Part shown: one piece after another, positions 9,773 through 21,105 of the stretch | Numbering within the stretch: the first letter of the stretch is position 1 | Layout: each line of letters starts with the position of its first letter | Virus record (IMG/VR): IMGVR_UViG_3300044611_001420 | Reading direction: 5' to 3' (one strand) | Length of the DNA stretch: 64,000 bases | DNA from: a virus | The notes under the pieces: generated by a model | Databases searched by the model: none | Seen by the model: only the letters and a program-made list of their open reading frames with translations | What the model was told of the DNA's origin: nothing | Position numbers and translations under genes: made by a program

Positions 9773-11305
9773 ATGGGTGTTGTAGGAAGATTAGACCAAT
9801 ATGCATCAATGCTCGCAACTGAGTTTGATGATTACTCTATGAGTGAGAATTTACTTCTTCGTAGCAATAGTTTTAATACTGGTACTTGGACTCCAGTTTC
9901 TGCAACTTGTGTTTTTGCACAGAATGTAACAGGACCTGATAATATATCCAATAGTGCTTGGACTATTGATGACCAATCAACTGCTTCTGATGGTGCTGGA
10001 TTTGAGCAAACAAAATCAATAACTCCAAGTACAACAACTAACTATTGTTTATCAATTTTTGTAAAACAGGGTACAGCAACTATCCTTGATTTTTATGCAT
10101 TTTTTACAGGTACTAGTACCAGAGGAAGTTATCTTAGATATAATTTTTCCACAGATACACTTACTGCAAATGCTGCAGAAGGACCAGGAATTACTCCCAC
10201 AATTTTTGGAAAAGTATTATATCCAAATGGGTGGATAAGAATATATTTTGTCGTAAATGATGCAAATAATGGATTGAATAATAACCTCCGGTACAGAATT
10301 TATCCAGCATCAAGAGATGCTGGTCCCATAGGAACTACTTTGTTTTATGGAGCACAATTAGAAATTGGTTCAGTAGCAACAGATTACACACCAACAACAA
10401 CCACAGCAATATCCAGAGTTTTATCATCAACAACCAACACAAATATCACAGGACTTGGGACATACTATAGTTCTGGATTTGATGAGAATGTTGGTTTTAC
10501 TACTTTTCTTTCTGCGAATGTTTTTGCTCCTTATGACCCTGTATATGATGAGTTTTCGGGAACTTCATTTGGTGCAGGACAAGGAAGATATATGAGACAA
10601 AATACTGATAAGTCGGTGATTGTTTATAATGAGATTGATGAAATCAGTGATTTTAGAGATATTGTAAGAAGTGGATTGGTTTTAGATTTAGATGCTGGAA
10701 TGAATGCTTCTTTCAATAATACTGGAACTACTTGGACTGATTTGATAGGGAATAGACAAGGAACGATAAACAACTCTCCAGTATTTAATGGAAATTATTT
10801 TAGTTTTGATGGTGTAGATGAAAATGTATCTTTTTCATCACCGGTAGAAGTATCAACAGCAGGATTTACGATGGGATTTTTGATGAGAGTTCCATCCACA
10901 CAAGTAAATGGTGTGAATTGGTGTCATATGCTTGCGGATAGAGATTTTGGTGCTGGAGATTATGAGATTGGAATTTATGGAACAAATAACACAACTTTTA
11001 TTTTTAAAGAAAATTCTTCAACACCAGATTCAGCAACTGCTTCTCTTGGAACAGGATGGAACTATTTGGTATTTGGAATGAATTCAAATCTTACCCCCTT
11101 TATATACATTAATGGTTCTTTGGTAACACAACTTGCTACTCCTTTTGTTTCTTCAACATTAGATTTTACTCGTTTGTTTAGTAGTCCAGGCAATACAAAT
11201 TATTTCAAATGTGATTGTTCTTACATCAACCTTTACAACAGAGCACTCTCCGCAGCAGAAATCTCACAAAACTATAATGCTCTAAAACATAGGTTTGGAC
11301 TATGA
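9773..11305 (+). CDS. Virion protein with carbohydrate-binding-like N-terminal domain and C-terminal LamG/concanavalin-A-like domain
   Basis: ENLLLRSNSF...GAQLEIGSVATDYTPT segment; GLVLDLDAG...YNRALSAAEISQNYNALKHRFGL C-terminal motif. Confidence 0.7.
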   Translation: MGVVGRLDQYASMLATEFDDYSMSENLLLRSNSFNTGTWTPVSATCVFAQNVTGPDNISNSAWTIDDQSTASDGAGFEQTKSITPSTTTNYCLSIFVKQGTATILDFYAFFTGTSTRGSYLRYNFSTDTLTANAAEGPGITPTIFGKVLYPNGWIRIYFVVNDANNGLNNNLRYRIYPASRDAGPIGTTLFYGAQLEIGSVATDYTPTTTTAISRVLSSTTNTNITGLGTYYSSGFDENVGFTTFLSANVFAPYDPVYDEFSGTSFGAGQGRYMRQNTDKSVIVYNEIDEISDFRDIVRSGLVLDLDAGMNASFNNTGTTWTDLIGNRQGTINNSPVFNGNYFSFDGVDENVSFSSPVEVSTAGFTMGFLMRVPSTQVNGVNWCHMLADRDFGAGDYEIGIYGTNNTTFIFKENSSTPDSATASLGTGWNYLVFGMNSNLTPFIYINGSLVTQLATPFVSSTLDFTRLFSSPGNTNYFKCDCSYINLYNRALSAAEISQNYNALKHRFGL

Positions 11306-11351
11306 CCTCTTATTTCTACTCTAATAAATATAACAAAGGTATTCATTAATT

Positions 11352-14300
11352 ATGGCAAGAAAGGCAATACTGGAAACTGGATATACATTTACCCCTTCCA
11401 CAAATACCATAGTTATTCCTCGTGTCATACCGAGAGAACGATTAATTCTGATTACCAATGTAACGACGAACACGGTAATCTATAATTTTTCTGACTCAAA
11501 CCTAAAGGCAAATACTTATACTGTTTCAACTTCTGGTGGTACAACTACAACCACAGTCGTATTAAATTATAATACTGCTGGAATGAGTAGTACTGATAAA
11601 CTTCAAATCACCGTAGATGAGTATGATGAGAAGTTTACACCTTCTGAAGCATATACAGACCCTGTAAATAAATTTAGAGTTTCAACTCCACAAGCACTGA
11701 TTGATACTGACTTTGAATATGGTAGTCAGATTACAAAGTGGGAAAATCTTGCGATGATTAATAATCGTCCTTTTGCTTATCCTTCTTCAGTTGGCATAAC
11801 TGGAATCGGCACAATTACATTACCTACTAACTCAAGAACAGTCACAGTTGTAGTTTCTGGTGGAGCTCCACCTGGAATTGGAACAGCAATTACGGTTCAA
11901 GATGCTTATCTGAATATTGCGAACGGAAACTTTATTGTAGAATCTGTTGGTGCTGGTAGTACAAACTTTACTTATACTGCAAGAGCAACAAATACAACAA
12001 CAGTTACAAATATTTTTGACTCCAATAAGACTGGTATATTTTCTGGAACCACATATACAAATGCTCAGATTGGTGGAACACCAACATTCTCTTGGACTTC
12101 TGGAACTGCAATTCCTGTAACAACTACAGTTCCTCATGGTCTTGCCATTGGTAATGAGGTTTCGGTTGTCGGAACATCGCAGGTAAATGCAAATGGTTCT
12201 TTTGTGGTTGCTACAATTACCAGTTCAACTGCATTTACTTATTATTCAACTACTGCACCAGCAGCAAACCCAACTGGTGGAAGAATCTTCGTAAGACCTC
12301 AAGGACAATTTTTGCACAGACCATTTGATGGTGGAATTATTTTCACATCAAACTCAAATGGAAACTTTGAGCAAGCAATTCGCCAAACCAGAAGATATTT
12401 TCGTTATCAATCTGGTAAAGGTATTCAAGTCAGTTCTGGTACTATTTTAAAACCAAGTTTGCAGATTGATAGTTTAACTTCTTCTGGAACAACTGTTACT
12501 GTTCAAACAAAAGAACAACATAATATTCAGGCAGCAACACCAGGAACTCAAGTTACAATTTCTGGTGCAAATGAATCTGCGTATAATGGAACTTTTACAA
12601 TTACTTCTGTTACTGGATACAATACTTTCCAATATACTGCATTATCAACTCCTTCCGCATCACCAGCATCTGGAACTTATAATTGTTCTGTTTCAAGTTG
12701 GTATGGATGCTCAAACCGTCTTGGAAGTTTTGATGCTCAAAATGGAATATTCTTTGAGTTTGATGGGCAAACACTTTCTGCGGTTCGTAGAAGTTCTACT
12801 TATCAACTTGCAGGAAAAGTGAGTGTTACAAACGGAAGCAATACTATAACACAAACTAATGCAACATTCCCAACTGTATTTTCAAAACAACTAAACATTG
12901 GAGATTTTATTGTTCTTCGTGGTCAGTCATATCGTGTTGTTGATATTGCAAGTGACACTTCTATGACGATTTCTCCTTCATATAGAGGAGCAACGGCATC
13001 GTTTGTAATCATTTCAAAAACACAAGACACAAAATATCCACAATCATCTTGGAATATTGATAAGTGTGATGGTACAGGTCCTTCTGGATATAATATTGAC
13101 CTCACCAAGATGCAGATGTTTTATATTGATTATTCTTGGTATGGTGCTGGATTTATTCGTTGGGGATTTAGAGGTCCAACTGGCGATGTAATTTACTGCC
13201 ATAAAGTACCAAATAATAATGTCAATACAGAAGCATATATGCGTTCTGGAAACTTACCAGCACGATATGAATCTGAAAGTCTTCCACCAACAACTAAAAT
13301 TACTGGCAATGTGGGAGCATCCGATACAACTATTGGTATTGCAAGTACTGCAGGATTCCCAACTGCCGGTACAATCGTAGTTCGTAATGCAAATACTTAT
13401 GAGTATATGAATTATGCTGGTATTGGTACAACAGCATTTACTGGAGTTACAAGAGCAAGATCTGGTAGTACTTCTCTTGCACTTACGGTTGCCTCTGGTT
13501 CTAATGTGGCAACTGCAACCACCACAAATTTACAAGTAGGTCAGAGAGTTATTGGTGGATTCCCAGAAGGAACATACGTCAGTGCAATTGGTGTTGGAAA
13601 TATTACGTTAAGTCAAGCAGCAACAACGGCAAACCCAACAGTAATTATTCCCCCAATGGGGGCATCAACGGGTCAGGCATTTACTTTCTCTGCTACAGAC
13701 CCAGTTGCCGTTGAACTTGCATTCCCAACTTATGGACCTTCTATATCACACTGGGGTACAAGTGTGATTATGGATGGTCGATATGATGATGATAAATCTT
13801 TGGTCTTTACTTATGGTCAAAGAACTGCTACTACTATTTCTCCTGGTGCAACACGGGCACTACTTGCAATTCGTGTTGCACCATCGGTGGATAATGGTAT
13901 TGCTGCGGCATTCGGACAAAGAGAATTAATTAATAGAATGCAATTGGTTCTTAGAAATCTGGGAATTTCAATTCGTGGTAGTAATACATCAAATATTCTT
14001 GTGCAAGCATTTTTAAATGCGACTCCATCAACTACAAATACTTGGACGAATGCTATTGGTAATGCTACGGGACAACAAAATTCCAGTTTGGCACAAATTG
14101 TTGATTATGGTGGTGGTTCTACCACAGTAACAGGTGGTGAAGTTACTGCAGGAATATTTTCTGCTGGTACTGACACACTTGATTTAAGTACTGTAAGGGA
14201 CTTGGGTAATTGTATTCTTGGTGGAGGTGGCACCACTTCAAATAGTGGAATATTCCCAGACGGTCCTGATACATTAACGATTACTGTAACTAATATTGCC

Positions 14301-14357
14301 GCCACTGGTGATGTTAATGTAACTGCAAGAATTTCTTGGACGGAGGCACAAGCATAA
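11352..14357 (+). CDS. Large virion structural protein (tail/baseplate-associated)
   Basis: 1001 aa, Thr/Gly/Ser-rich; PQALIDTDFEYG, RQTRRYFRYQSGKG and YIDYSWYGAGFIRWG motifs; late-promoter-like AATAAATA upstream at about 11323. Confidence 0.7.
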   Translation: MARKAILETGYTFTPSTNTIVIPRVIPRERLILITNVTTNTVIYNFSDSNLKANTYTVSTSGGTTTTTVVLNYNTAGMSSTDKLQITVDEYDEKFTPSEAYTDPVNKFRVSTPQALIDTDFEYGSQITKWENLAMINNRPFAYPSSVGITGIGTITLPTNSRTVTVVVSGGAPPGIGTAITVQDAYLNIANGNFIVESVGAGSTNFTYTARATNTTTVTNIFDSNKTGIFSGTTYTNAQIGGTPTFSWTSGTAIPVTTTVPHGLAIGNEVSVVGTSQVNANGSFVVATITSSTAFTYYSTTAPAANPTGGRIFVRPQGQFLHRPFDGGIIFTSNSNGNFEQAIRQTRRYFRYQSGKGIQVSSGTILKPSLQIDSLTSSGTTVTVQTKEQHNIQAATPGTQVTISGANESAYNGTFTITSVTGYNTFQYTALSTPSASPASGTYNCSVSSWYGCSNRLGSFDAQNGIFFEFDGQTLSAVRRSSTYQLAGKVSVTNGSNTITQTNATFPTVFSKQLNIGDFIVLRGQSYRVVDIASDTSMTISPSYRGATASFVIISKTQDTKYPQSSWNIDKCDGTGPSGYNIDLTKMQMFYIDYSWYGAGFIRWGFRGPTGDVIYCHKVPNNNVNTEAYMRSGNLPARYESESLPPTTKITGNVGASDTTIGIASTAGFPTAGTIVVRNANTYEYMNYAGIGTTAFTGVTRARSGSTSLALTVASGSNVATATTTNLQVGQRVIGGFPEGTYVSAIGVGNITLSQAATTANPTVIIPPMGASTGQAFTFSATDPVAVELAFPTYGPSISHWGTSVIMDGRYDDDKSLVFTYGQRTATTISPGATRALLAIRVAPSVDNGIAAAFGQRELINRMQLVLRNLGISIRGSNTSNILVQAFLNATPSTTNTWTNAIGNATGQQNSSLAQIVDYGGGSTTVTGGEVTAGIFSAGTDTLDLSTVRDLGNCILGGGGTTSNSGIFPDGPDTLTITVTNIAATGDVNVTARISWTEAQA

Positions 14358-14360
14358 AAA

Positions 14361-15887
14361 ATGGCAAAACTTAAGTCTGGCACTAGAGTTTATGGGAATT
14401 TTAAACTTGATGGTGGTCTTTATGATTTTAATAATCAAGTAGGGTCTGCAAGTTCGGTTCTTATTTCTACTGGTGCTGGAGTTAGTTGGACTCCAATTTC
14501 AACAGCAGCACTTCAAGGTCTTCAGGGACTTCAAGGAACTCAGGGAACTCAAGGAAGACAAGGTACTCAGGGAACAACAGGTACAGGTACTCAAGGTCTT
14601 CAGGGACTTCAAGGTACTCAAGGCACTCAAGGCACTCAAGGTACTCAGGGAACACAAGGTACTCAGGGAACTCAAGGTACTCAAGGTACACAGGGCACAC
14701 AGGGAACTCAAGGTCTTCAAGGTCTTCAGGGTACTCAGGGAACTCAAGGTACTCAGGGAACACAAGGTACTCAGGGAACTCAGGGAACTCAAGGTACTCA
14801 AGGTCTTCAGGGACTTCAAGGAACAACAGGTACAGGTACTCAAGGTACTCAGGGAACACAAGGAACACAAGGAACACAGGGCACTCAAGGTACTCAGGGA
14901 ACTCAAGGCACACAAGGAACACAAGGTACTCAGGGAACTCAAGGCACACAAGGAACCACAGGAACAGGTACACAAGGTACACAAGGAACCACAGGAACAG
15001 GCACACAAGGTACACAAGGTACACAAGGAACCACAGGAACAGGTACTCAAGGTCTTCAGGGAACTCAAGGTTCTAGTGCTGCAGGTGGTGGAGGTGGTTC
15101 TGGAACTTTTGACACTGGAATTACAACTTCTGTTTACATCTCTGCTATTTCTGGAGTTGGTATAAATACTGCACAAAATAACGACATTTTTACTGGTCCT
15201 GGAGTTGCTGGAACTTCTTTTGGAATTGGTCTTTCATTCCCATCAACAGCAAGTAGAGAATATGTAATTGAATCAATTCACGTCACCAATACATATTCAA
15301 ATGAATTATATTTAACTGCAAGACAAGATTTTTATGTTTCTGGAACTACTTGGAGAGCAGTTCCGATTACGCAAAGACTTATAGTTCCTTATCAAGGTTC
15401 TGTGGAACTTATTAATCAACCAATGATTGCTTCACCGAATGACCACCTAAGATTCCAAGCACTTTCTGGAACTGGTTCAACTGCAACAGGAATTGATGGT
15501 GGTTTGGATGTATTTACCGTTTATTCCACAAAAACTGATACAAACTTTGTTGGTGTTGGTTCAACAGTAGCAAGTACAACTGGTGCAGAAGTTTATCGTT
15601 CAATAACTTATCCTTCAGTTGTTCAATCTATTCGTCTTTGTAATTATAATTTGAATATTGATGTTGATGCATCTGTTTCTATCTATCGTGGAGGAACTGC
15701 AGGTTCTGTTGTATCTACCGGAGTACGACTTGGATACTTGACATATAATATGACTATACCTAAAAACAGTGTTGTTGAAATACTTGATAAACCAAAATAT
15801 CTTGCAATAAATGATACGATTGTTGCCGTTGGTTCTACAATTAACTCACTCTCTGCCTGTGTTGCTGCAAAACAAATAACATCGTAA
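14361..15887 (+). CDS. Collagen-like fibre protein
   Basis: 508 aa; interrupted (GTQ)n tract followed by a beta-rich C-terminal domain. Confidence 0.8.
   Translation: MAKLKSGTRVYGNFKLDGGLYDFNNQVGSASSVLISTGAGVSWTPISTAALQGLQGLQGTQGTQGRQGTQGTTGTGTQGLQGLQGTQGTQGTQGTQGTQGTQGTQGTQGTQGTQGTQGLQGLQGTQGTQGTQGTQGTQGTQGTQGTQGLQGLQGTTGTGTQGTQGTQGTQGTQGTQGTQGTQGTQGTQGTQGTQGTQGTTGTGTQGTQGTTGTGTQGTQGTQGTTGTGTQGLQGTQGSSAAGGGGGSGTFDTGITTSVYISAISGVGINTAQNNDIFTGPGVAGTSFGIGLSFPSTASREYVIESIHVTNTYSNELYLTARQDFYVSGTTWRAVPITQRLIVPYQGSVELINQPMIASPNDHLRFQALSGTGSTATGIDGGLDVFTVYSTKTDTNFVGVGSTVASTTGAEVYRSITYPSVVQSIRLCNYNLNIDVDASVSIYRGGTAGSVVSTGVRLGYLTYNMTIPKNSVVEILDKPKYLAINDTIVAVGSTINSLSACVAAKQITS
14517..15077 (+). repeat. 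Third collagen-like tract, with GTTGTGTQ interruptions
   Basis: GTQ/GLQ units broken by Gly-Thr dipeptides. Confidence 0.9.
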
Positions 15888-15920
15888 ATATATAGTATAA
15901 TAATATAAAATGGAGAAATT

Positions 15921-16580
15921 ATGTCTATCTTGATTGCGATGCCTTGTTATGGTGGATTAGTAAGTGATAAGACAGCAAAGGGACTATTTAATCTTGGAAA
16001 GGAATTAAGAACTGCTGGATTAGACCACGGATTATTGACAACTGCAAATGATAGTTTGATTACTCAAGCACGTTCAAGAATTGTTAATTTCTTTATGAAC
16101 AATACAGAATATGAAAGAATTCTGTTTATTGATGCTGATATTGGATTTACACCAGAAGATGTTTTCAATCTCTTAAGACAAGATAAAGATATTGTATGTG
16201 GTGCTTATCCTATGAAAGGAATTCCATTGAGATATAATTATAATATTACAAAACCAGAAGTTGTTGAAGGTGAACTGGTAAAGATTGAAAATATTGGATT
16301 TGGATTTTCTCTAATTAAAAGAAAAGTATTTGAAGATATTGTAAAAAGATATGGAGAAGAGTTGAAGTATTATCCACCAACAGATAATAGTTCAACTCCA
16401 CCAACAGAAAAAGAATATCATAATTCTTATCATTACTTTTTGGAACTCAAGAAAGAAATGAGATATTTACCAGAAGACTTTTCATTCTTTGAAAGAGCAA
16501 GAAGTGTTGGGTATGATGCTTGGTTAAATACTAATATTAGATTAGCACACGTTGGTTCTCACGTTTATCAAGAAGGATAA
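15921..16580 (+). CDS. GT-A fold glycosyltransferase-like protein
   Basis: ILIAMPCYGG start, LFIDADIGF (DxD) motif, PEDFSFFERAR...AHVG. Confidence 0.75.
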   Translation: MSILIAMPCYGGLVSDKTAKGLFNLGKELRTAGLDHGLLTTANDSLITQARSRIVNFFMNNTEYERILFIDADIGFTPEDVFNLLRQDKDIVCGAYPMKGIPLRYNYNITKPEVVEGELVKIENIGFGFSLIKRKVFEDIVKRYGEELKYYPPTDNSSTPPTEKEYHNSYHYFLELKKEMRYLPEDFSFFERARSVGYDAWLNTNIRLAHVGSHVYQEG

Positions 16581-16584
16581 TTAA

Positions 16585-18438
16585 ATGGCAACTGGGGTCT
16601 TCAGTCTTCGTAAGGTTTATATTAAACAATACCAAAATGTAACTAATAATAATTTTGCGAGTTGGCCTGAATATTCATCAGATTATGGGTATTATGGTGG
16701 AGGTTACTCTGTCAATTTTGATAGTACTATTGCAGCGCATGATTATTCTACTTCAACAGTCTATAGCGTTAGTTCTAGTCTTTCAAATACTAGAGATATG
16801 GGAACAACATCAAATTCTAATTATGGTTACTTTGTAGGAGGTACAGCAACTTCTTCATCTTTTATAACATATGCAGTACAAAGATTTGATTTTTCATCCA
16901 GAACAGTCAGTCTTCCTGGTAAAAATTTACCACCAACTTCACAAGCAACATCAATGGGTTCAACAGAAAATGATTCCTATGGATATTTTGTTGGAGGGCA
17001 AACTTATGTTTTTCCTGGGTTATTTCCTACATTTAGTACTGTTTTAAGATTTGATTTTTCTAGTGAAAATATAAGTCTTCCTGGAAAAAATTTACCTGGA
17101 GGAATTACACGGACAAAAACATCCTGCAAAAATCAAAACTACGGTTATTTTGCTGGTTCTGCTAATTCCACTTCCGCCATATTTAGACTTGATTTTTCAA
17201 GTGAAACAATAAATAACCCCGGAAAAAATTTATCAACAGCAACAACTAAATTAGGAGCAGTTTCAAACAATTCTTATGGTTACTTTGGTGGTGGATACAC
17301 CCCCACACTACCTAATCTAAGTACAATCACAAGACTTGATTTTTCAAGTGAAACTATAAGTGATCCTGGAAAAAATCTACCTGAAGGTTTAGCATTTGAT
17401 GCTGATGGCAATTCTTCAATAAGTTATGGTTTTCTTTATTCACGAACTCTATTATGTCGATTAGATTATTCTACAGAAAATATAACACCAGTAATTTCAA
17501 ACATAACACTATCTCCAGGATCACAAAGCAGAGACATAGGAACATTTGATGGTCCAAGGAAGATATTTAGGGGTTCTAAGACTTATGGATATTTTGGTGG
17601 TGGTCTCACACCTTTTGTAATAAATACGATCATAAGACTTGATTTTTCTAATGAAACTGTAAGTTTTCCTGGAAAAAATTTACCAACATTAAGAGGGTAT
17701 TTAGCAACAACATCAAGTAATTATTATGGTTACTTTGGTGGTGGATTTGCACCTCCTTTTATTAATACAATTTCAAGACTTGATTTTTCGACAGAAAATG
17801 TAAGTAATCCTGGAAGAAATTTGCCAACATCAAGAGCATATTTGGCAGCAACCTCAAGTAGTTCTTATGGTTACTTTGGTGGTGGTTCTACACCTACTAT
17901 AATTAACACAATTACAAGACTTGATTTTTCGAATGAAACTATAATTGATCCAGGAAAAAATTTACCAGGATCAAGAGAAAGATTGGCAGCAACCTCAAGT
18001 AGTTCTTATGGTTATTTTGGTGGTGGAAGCACTGGTACTGCAATTAATACTATTAGTAGACTTGATTTTTCGAATGAAACCACAAGTGATCCAGGAAAGA
18101 ATTTATCAGTTGCAAAATTTAGTTTAGCAGCAACCTCAAGTAGTTCTTATGGTTATTTTGGTGGTGGATATGCTCCTCCACTTGTATTTTATAACACTAT
18201 AACGAGAATTGATTTTTTTAATGAAACTGTTAGTGATCCAGGAAAGAATTTGCCAACAGTAAGATCAAATTTAGCAGCAACCTCTAGTGCTTTTTATGGT
18301 TACTTTGGTGGTGGTTTTATACCTCCTTATATTTGTACAATCACAAGACTTGATTTTTCGAATGAAACCACAAGTGATCCAGGAAAAAATTTACCAACGG
18401 TAAGAGCAGATTCAGCAACAGTTTCAAACTCAAACTAA
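16585..18438 (+). CDS. Kelch-like beta-propeller repeat protein 1 (12 YGYFGGG repeats)
   Basis: About 46-aa repeats YGYFGGG...ITRLDFSNET.S.PGKNLP..R..LAA; ends SNSN. Confidence 0.8.
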   Translation: MATGVFSLRKVYIKQYQNVTNNNFASWPEYSSDYGYYGGGYSVNFDSTIAAHDYSTSTVYSVSSSLSNTRDMGTTSNSNYGYFVGGTATSSSFITYAVQRFDFSSRTVSLPGKNLPPTSQATSMGSTENDSYGYFVGGQTYVFPGLFPTFSTVLRFDFSSENISLPGKNLPGGITRTKTSCKNQNYGYFAGSANSTSAIFRLDFSSETINNPGKNLSTATTKLGAVSNNSYGYFGGGYTPTLPNLSTITRLDFSSETISDPGKNLPEGLAFDADGNSSISYGFLYSRTLLCRLDYSTENITPVISNITLSPGSQSRDIGTFDGPRKIFRGSKTYGYFGGGLTPFVINTIIRLDFSNETVSFPGKNLPTLRGYLATTSSNYYGYFGGGFAPPFINTISRLDFSTENVSNPGRNLPTSRAYLAATSSSSYGYFGGGSTPTIINTITRLDFSNETIIDPGKNLPGSRERLAATSSSSYGYFGGGSTGTAINTISRLDFSNETTSDPGKNLSVAKFSLAATSSSSYGYFGGGYAPPLVFYNTITRIDFFNETVSDPGKNLPTVRSNLAATSSAFYGYFGGGFIPPYICTITRLDFSNETTSDPGKNLPTVRADSATVSNSN

Positions 18439-18441
18439 TTT

Positions 18442-19269
18442 ATGAAAACTTTTTATTTTATGTCTGGACTTCCACGTTCAGGTTCAACTTTATTAACAGC
18501 ACTACTCAATCAAAATCCAGAGATACACGCATCTACAAACTCACCACTTCTGGATACGATACATTATACGGAAGAGTATCTTTTATATAAATCCGAACAA
18601 TATAAAGCACATCCAAAACCAGAGTGTGCTCATAAGGTCTTGTCTTCTATTGCTCCCAACTATTATTTTAATACATCACAGAATATTATTGTAGATAAAT
18701 CAAGAGGTTGGGTGAATCAAATACAACATATTCAAGATTATATTACATCAGAACCAAAGATTATTTGTCCTGTAAGAAGTATTCCTGATATTATATCTTC
18801 ATTTTTAAATCTCATTTATCATTCCAAAACAACTTCATTCATTGATGAAGGACTTATAGCAAACAAGTTGGAAATTAGTAATGATAATCGTGCTGACTAT
18901 TTAATGTCCCCCCAAGGTATTATCGGACAATCTCATCACGCACTTGCTGAAGCATTTCGTAAAGGTAATGATAAGTATTTGTTATTGGTTGAGTATGATG
19001 ATTTAGTTCAAAATCCACAACAAGAACTGAACCGAATTTATGACTTCTTACAACTTCCAAGATTTACTCATACTTTTGAGAATGTAAAACCAAAGTTTGA
19101 TGAGAATGACGATGTTTATAAGTTAGAGAATATGCATACTGTAAGAAGCAAAGTAGAAAAAATACATCGTGACAATTCAAAGTTTTTAAGTGACTATGTA
19201 ATCAATAAATATAAGCATATGGAGTTCTGGAAAAAGGGGACTCAAAGATATTCTATTTTTGGTTTATAA
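18442..19269 (+). CDS. Sulfotransferase family protein
   Basis: 5'-PSB loop SGLPRSGSTLL, DKSR, CPVRS and VEYDDLVQNP motifs. Confidence 0.85.
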   Translation: MKTFYFMSGLPRSGSTLLTALLNQNPEIHASTNSPLLDTIHYTEEYLLYKSEQYKAHPKPECAHKVLSSIAPNYYFNTSQNIIVDKSRGWVNQIQHIQDYITSEPKIICPVRSIPDIISSFLNLIYHSKTTSFIDEGLIANKLEISNDNRADYLMSPQGIIGQSHHALAEAFRKGNDKYLLLVEYDDLVQNPQQELNRIYDFLQLPRFTHTFENVKPKFDENDDVYKLENMHTVRSKVEKIHRDNSKFLSDYVINKYKHMEFWKKGTQRYSIFGL

Positions 19270-21080
19270 TGCCAGTATTTTCTCTAAAAGAAGCAAAAGA
19301 ACTTCAAGTAAAAAATGTTTCTGAAAATACTTTTAAGTATTGGGGAGAAAGTGCGATTTATGGGTATTTTGGTGGTGGTGGGCCATTTCCTTATATGAAT
19401 ACAATCACAAGACTTGACTTTTCCAGTGAAACTATAAGTCTTCCTGGAAAAAATTTACCTTCGTCAAGAGGTAATTTAGCAGCAGTCTCAAGTAGTTCTT
19501 ATGGATACTTTGGTGGTGGATATAATTTTCCAGGAATAGTTATATCTACAATCACAAGACTTGATTTATCTAATGAGACTATAAGTGATCCAGGAAAAAA
19601 TTTACCAGTAGCAAATATTAATATAGCAGCAACCTCAAGTAGTTCTTATGGTTATTTTGGAGGAGGTGGATCGGGAATAACTGCATATCTTTGTACAATC
19701 ACAAGACTTGACTTTTCCAGTGAAACTATAAGTCTTCCTGGAAAAAATTTACCAGCAATAAGAAATAATCTAGCAGCAACCTCAAGTAGTTCTTATGGTT
19801 ATTTCGGTGGTGGATTTGATCTTAGTATTAGATTGTGTGTAATATCAAGACTTGATTTTTCAAGTGAAACTATAAGTGATCCTGGAAGAAATTTACCAAC
19901 ATCCAGACAAACTCTGGCAGAAACCTCAAGCAATTCTTATGGATACTTTGGTGGTGGATTTGCACCTCCTATAATTTGCACAATCACAAGACTTGATTTC
20001 TCTAATGAAACCGTAAGTGATCCAGGAAAAAATTTACCAGGATCAAGAGAAAGATCAGTAGCAACCAAAAGTAGTTCTTATGGTTACTTTGGTGGTGGTT
20101 ATACTCCTGGTGCAATTTCTACAATTACAAGACTTGATTTTTCAACCGAAAATGTAAGTAATCCTGGAAATAATTTTTCAACAGGAAGGGCATCTTTGGC
20201 AGCACTTTCTGGAGGTCAATCAATCTATCGTGGTTCAAAGACTTATGGGTATTTTGGTGGTGGAGGATCACCATACATCAATACAATCACAAGACTAGAG
20301 TTTTCTAATGAAACTGTAAGTGATCCTGGTAAAAATTTACCAGGGCAAGTGTCTTTATCTGCAGCAGTGGCAAGCAATTATTATGGGTACTTTGGTGGTG
20401 GATATATACCCTATATCTGTACAATTACAAGACTTGATTTTTCTAATGAAACCATTAGCAATCCTGGTAAAAATTTACCAACAGCACGAGGTTATTTAAC
20501 ATCAGTTTCAAGTAGTTCTTATGGTTATTTTGGTGGTGGTGAAACTTCTGGTGGTAATATCTCTACAATCACAAGACTAGAGTTTTCTAATGAAACTGTA
20601 AGTGATCCTGGTAAAAATTTACCATCAATAAGACGTAGTTTAACAGCAACCTCAAGTAGTTCTTATGGTTACTTTGGTGGTGGATTCCCAAATATCAACA
20701 CAATTACAAGATTAGAGTTTTCTAATGAAACTGTAAGTGATCCTGGTAAAAATTTACCATCAGCAATAAATTCTTTAGCAGCAGCATCAAGTAATTCTTA
20801 TGGTTACTTTGGTGGTGGGTTTAATATTAATACAATCACAAGACTTGATTTTTCAAATGAAACGATAAGTCTTCCTACAAAAAATTTACCAACACAAAGA
20901 TTTTCTTTAACTGCAACTTCAAGTGCTTTTTATGGTTATTTTGGTGGGGGATATTCTGGTTCTTTCTCTCTTGTTAATACAATATCAAGACTTGATTTTT
21001 CTAATGAAACGGTGGGTAATGCGGCAAATAATTTACCAACAGCAAGAAGCAATTCAGCAACACTTTCGAACTCAAACTAA
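19269..21080 (+). CDS. Kelch-like beta-propeller repeat protein 2 (12 repeats)
   Basis: Same repeat unit; 6+6 arrangement around an RGSKT linker; ends SNSN. Confidence 0.8.
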   Translation: MPVFSLKEAKELQVKNVSENTFKYWGESAIYGYFGGGGPFPYMNTITRLDFSSETISLPGKNLPSSRGNLAAVSSSSYGYFGGGYNFPGIVISTITRLDLSNETISDPGKNLPVANINIAATSSSSYGYFGGGGSGITAYLCTITRLDFSSETISLPGKNLPAIRNNLAATSSSSYGYFGGGFDLSIRLCVISRLDFSSETISDPGRNLPTSRQTLAETSSNSYGYFGGGFAPPIICTITRLDFSNETVSDPGKNLPGSRERSVATKSSSYGYFGGGYTPGAISTITRLDFSTENVSNPGNNFSTGRASLAALSGGQSIYRGSKTYGYFGGGGSPYINTITRLEFSNETVSDPGKNLPGQVSLSAAVASNYYGYFGGGYIPYICTITRLDFSNETISNPGKNLPTARGYLTSVSSSSYGYFGGGETSGGNISTITRLEFSNETVSDPGKNLPSIRRSLTATSSSSYGYFGGGFPNINTITRLEFSNETVSDPGKNLPSAINSLAAASSNSYGYFGGGFNINTITRLDFSNETISLPTKNLPTQRFSLTATSSAFYGYFGGGYSGSFSLVNTISRLDFSNETVGNAANNLPTARSNSATLSNSN

Positions 21081-21105
21081 ATAAAATCACCTACATCATT
21101 TTGAT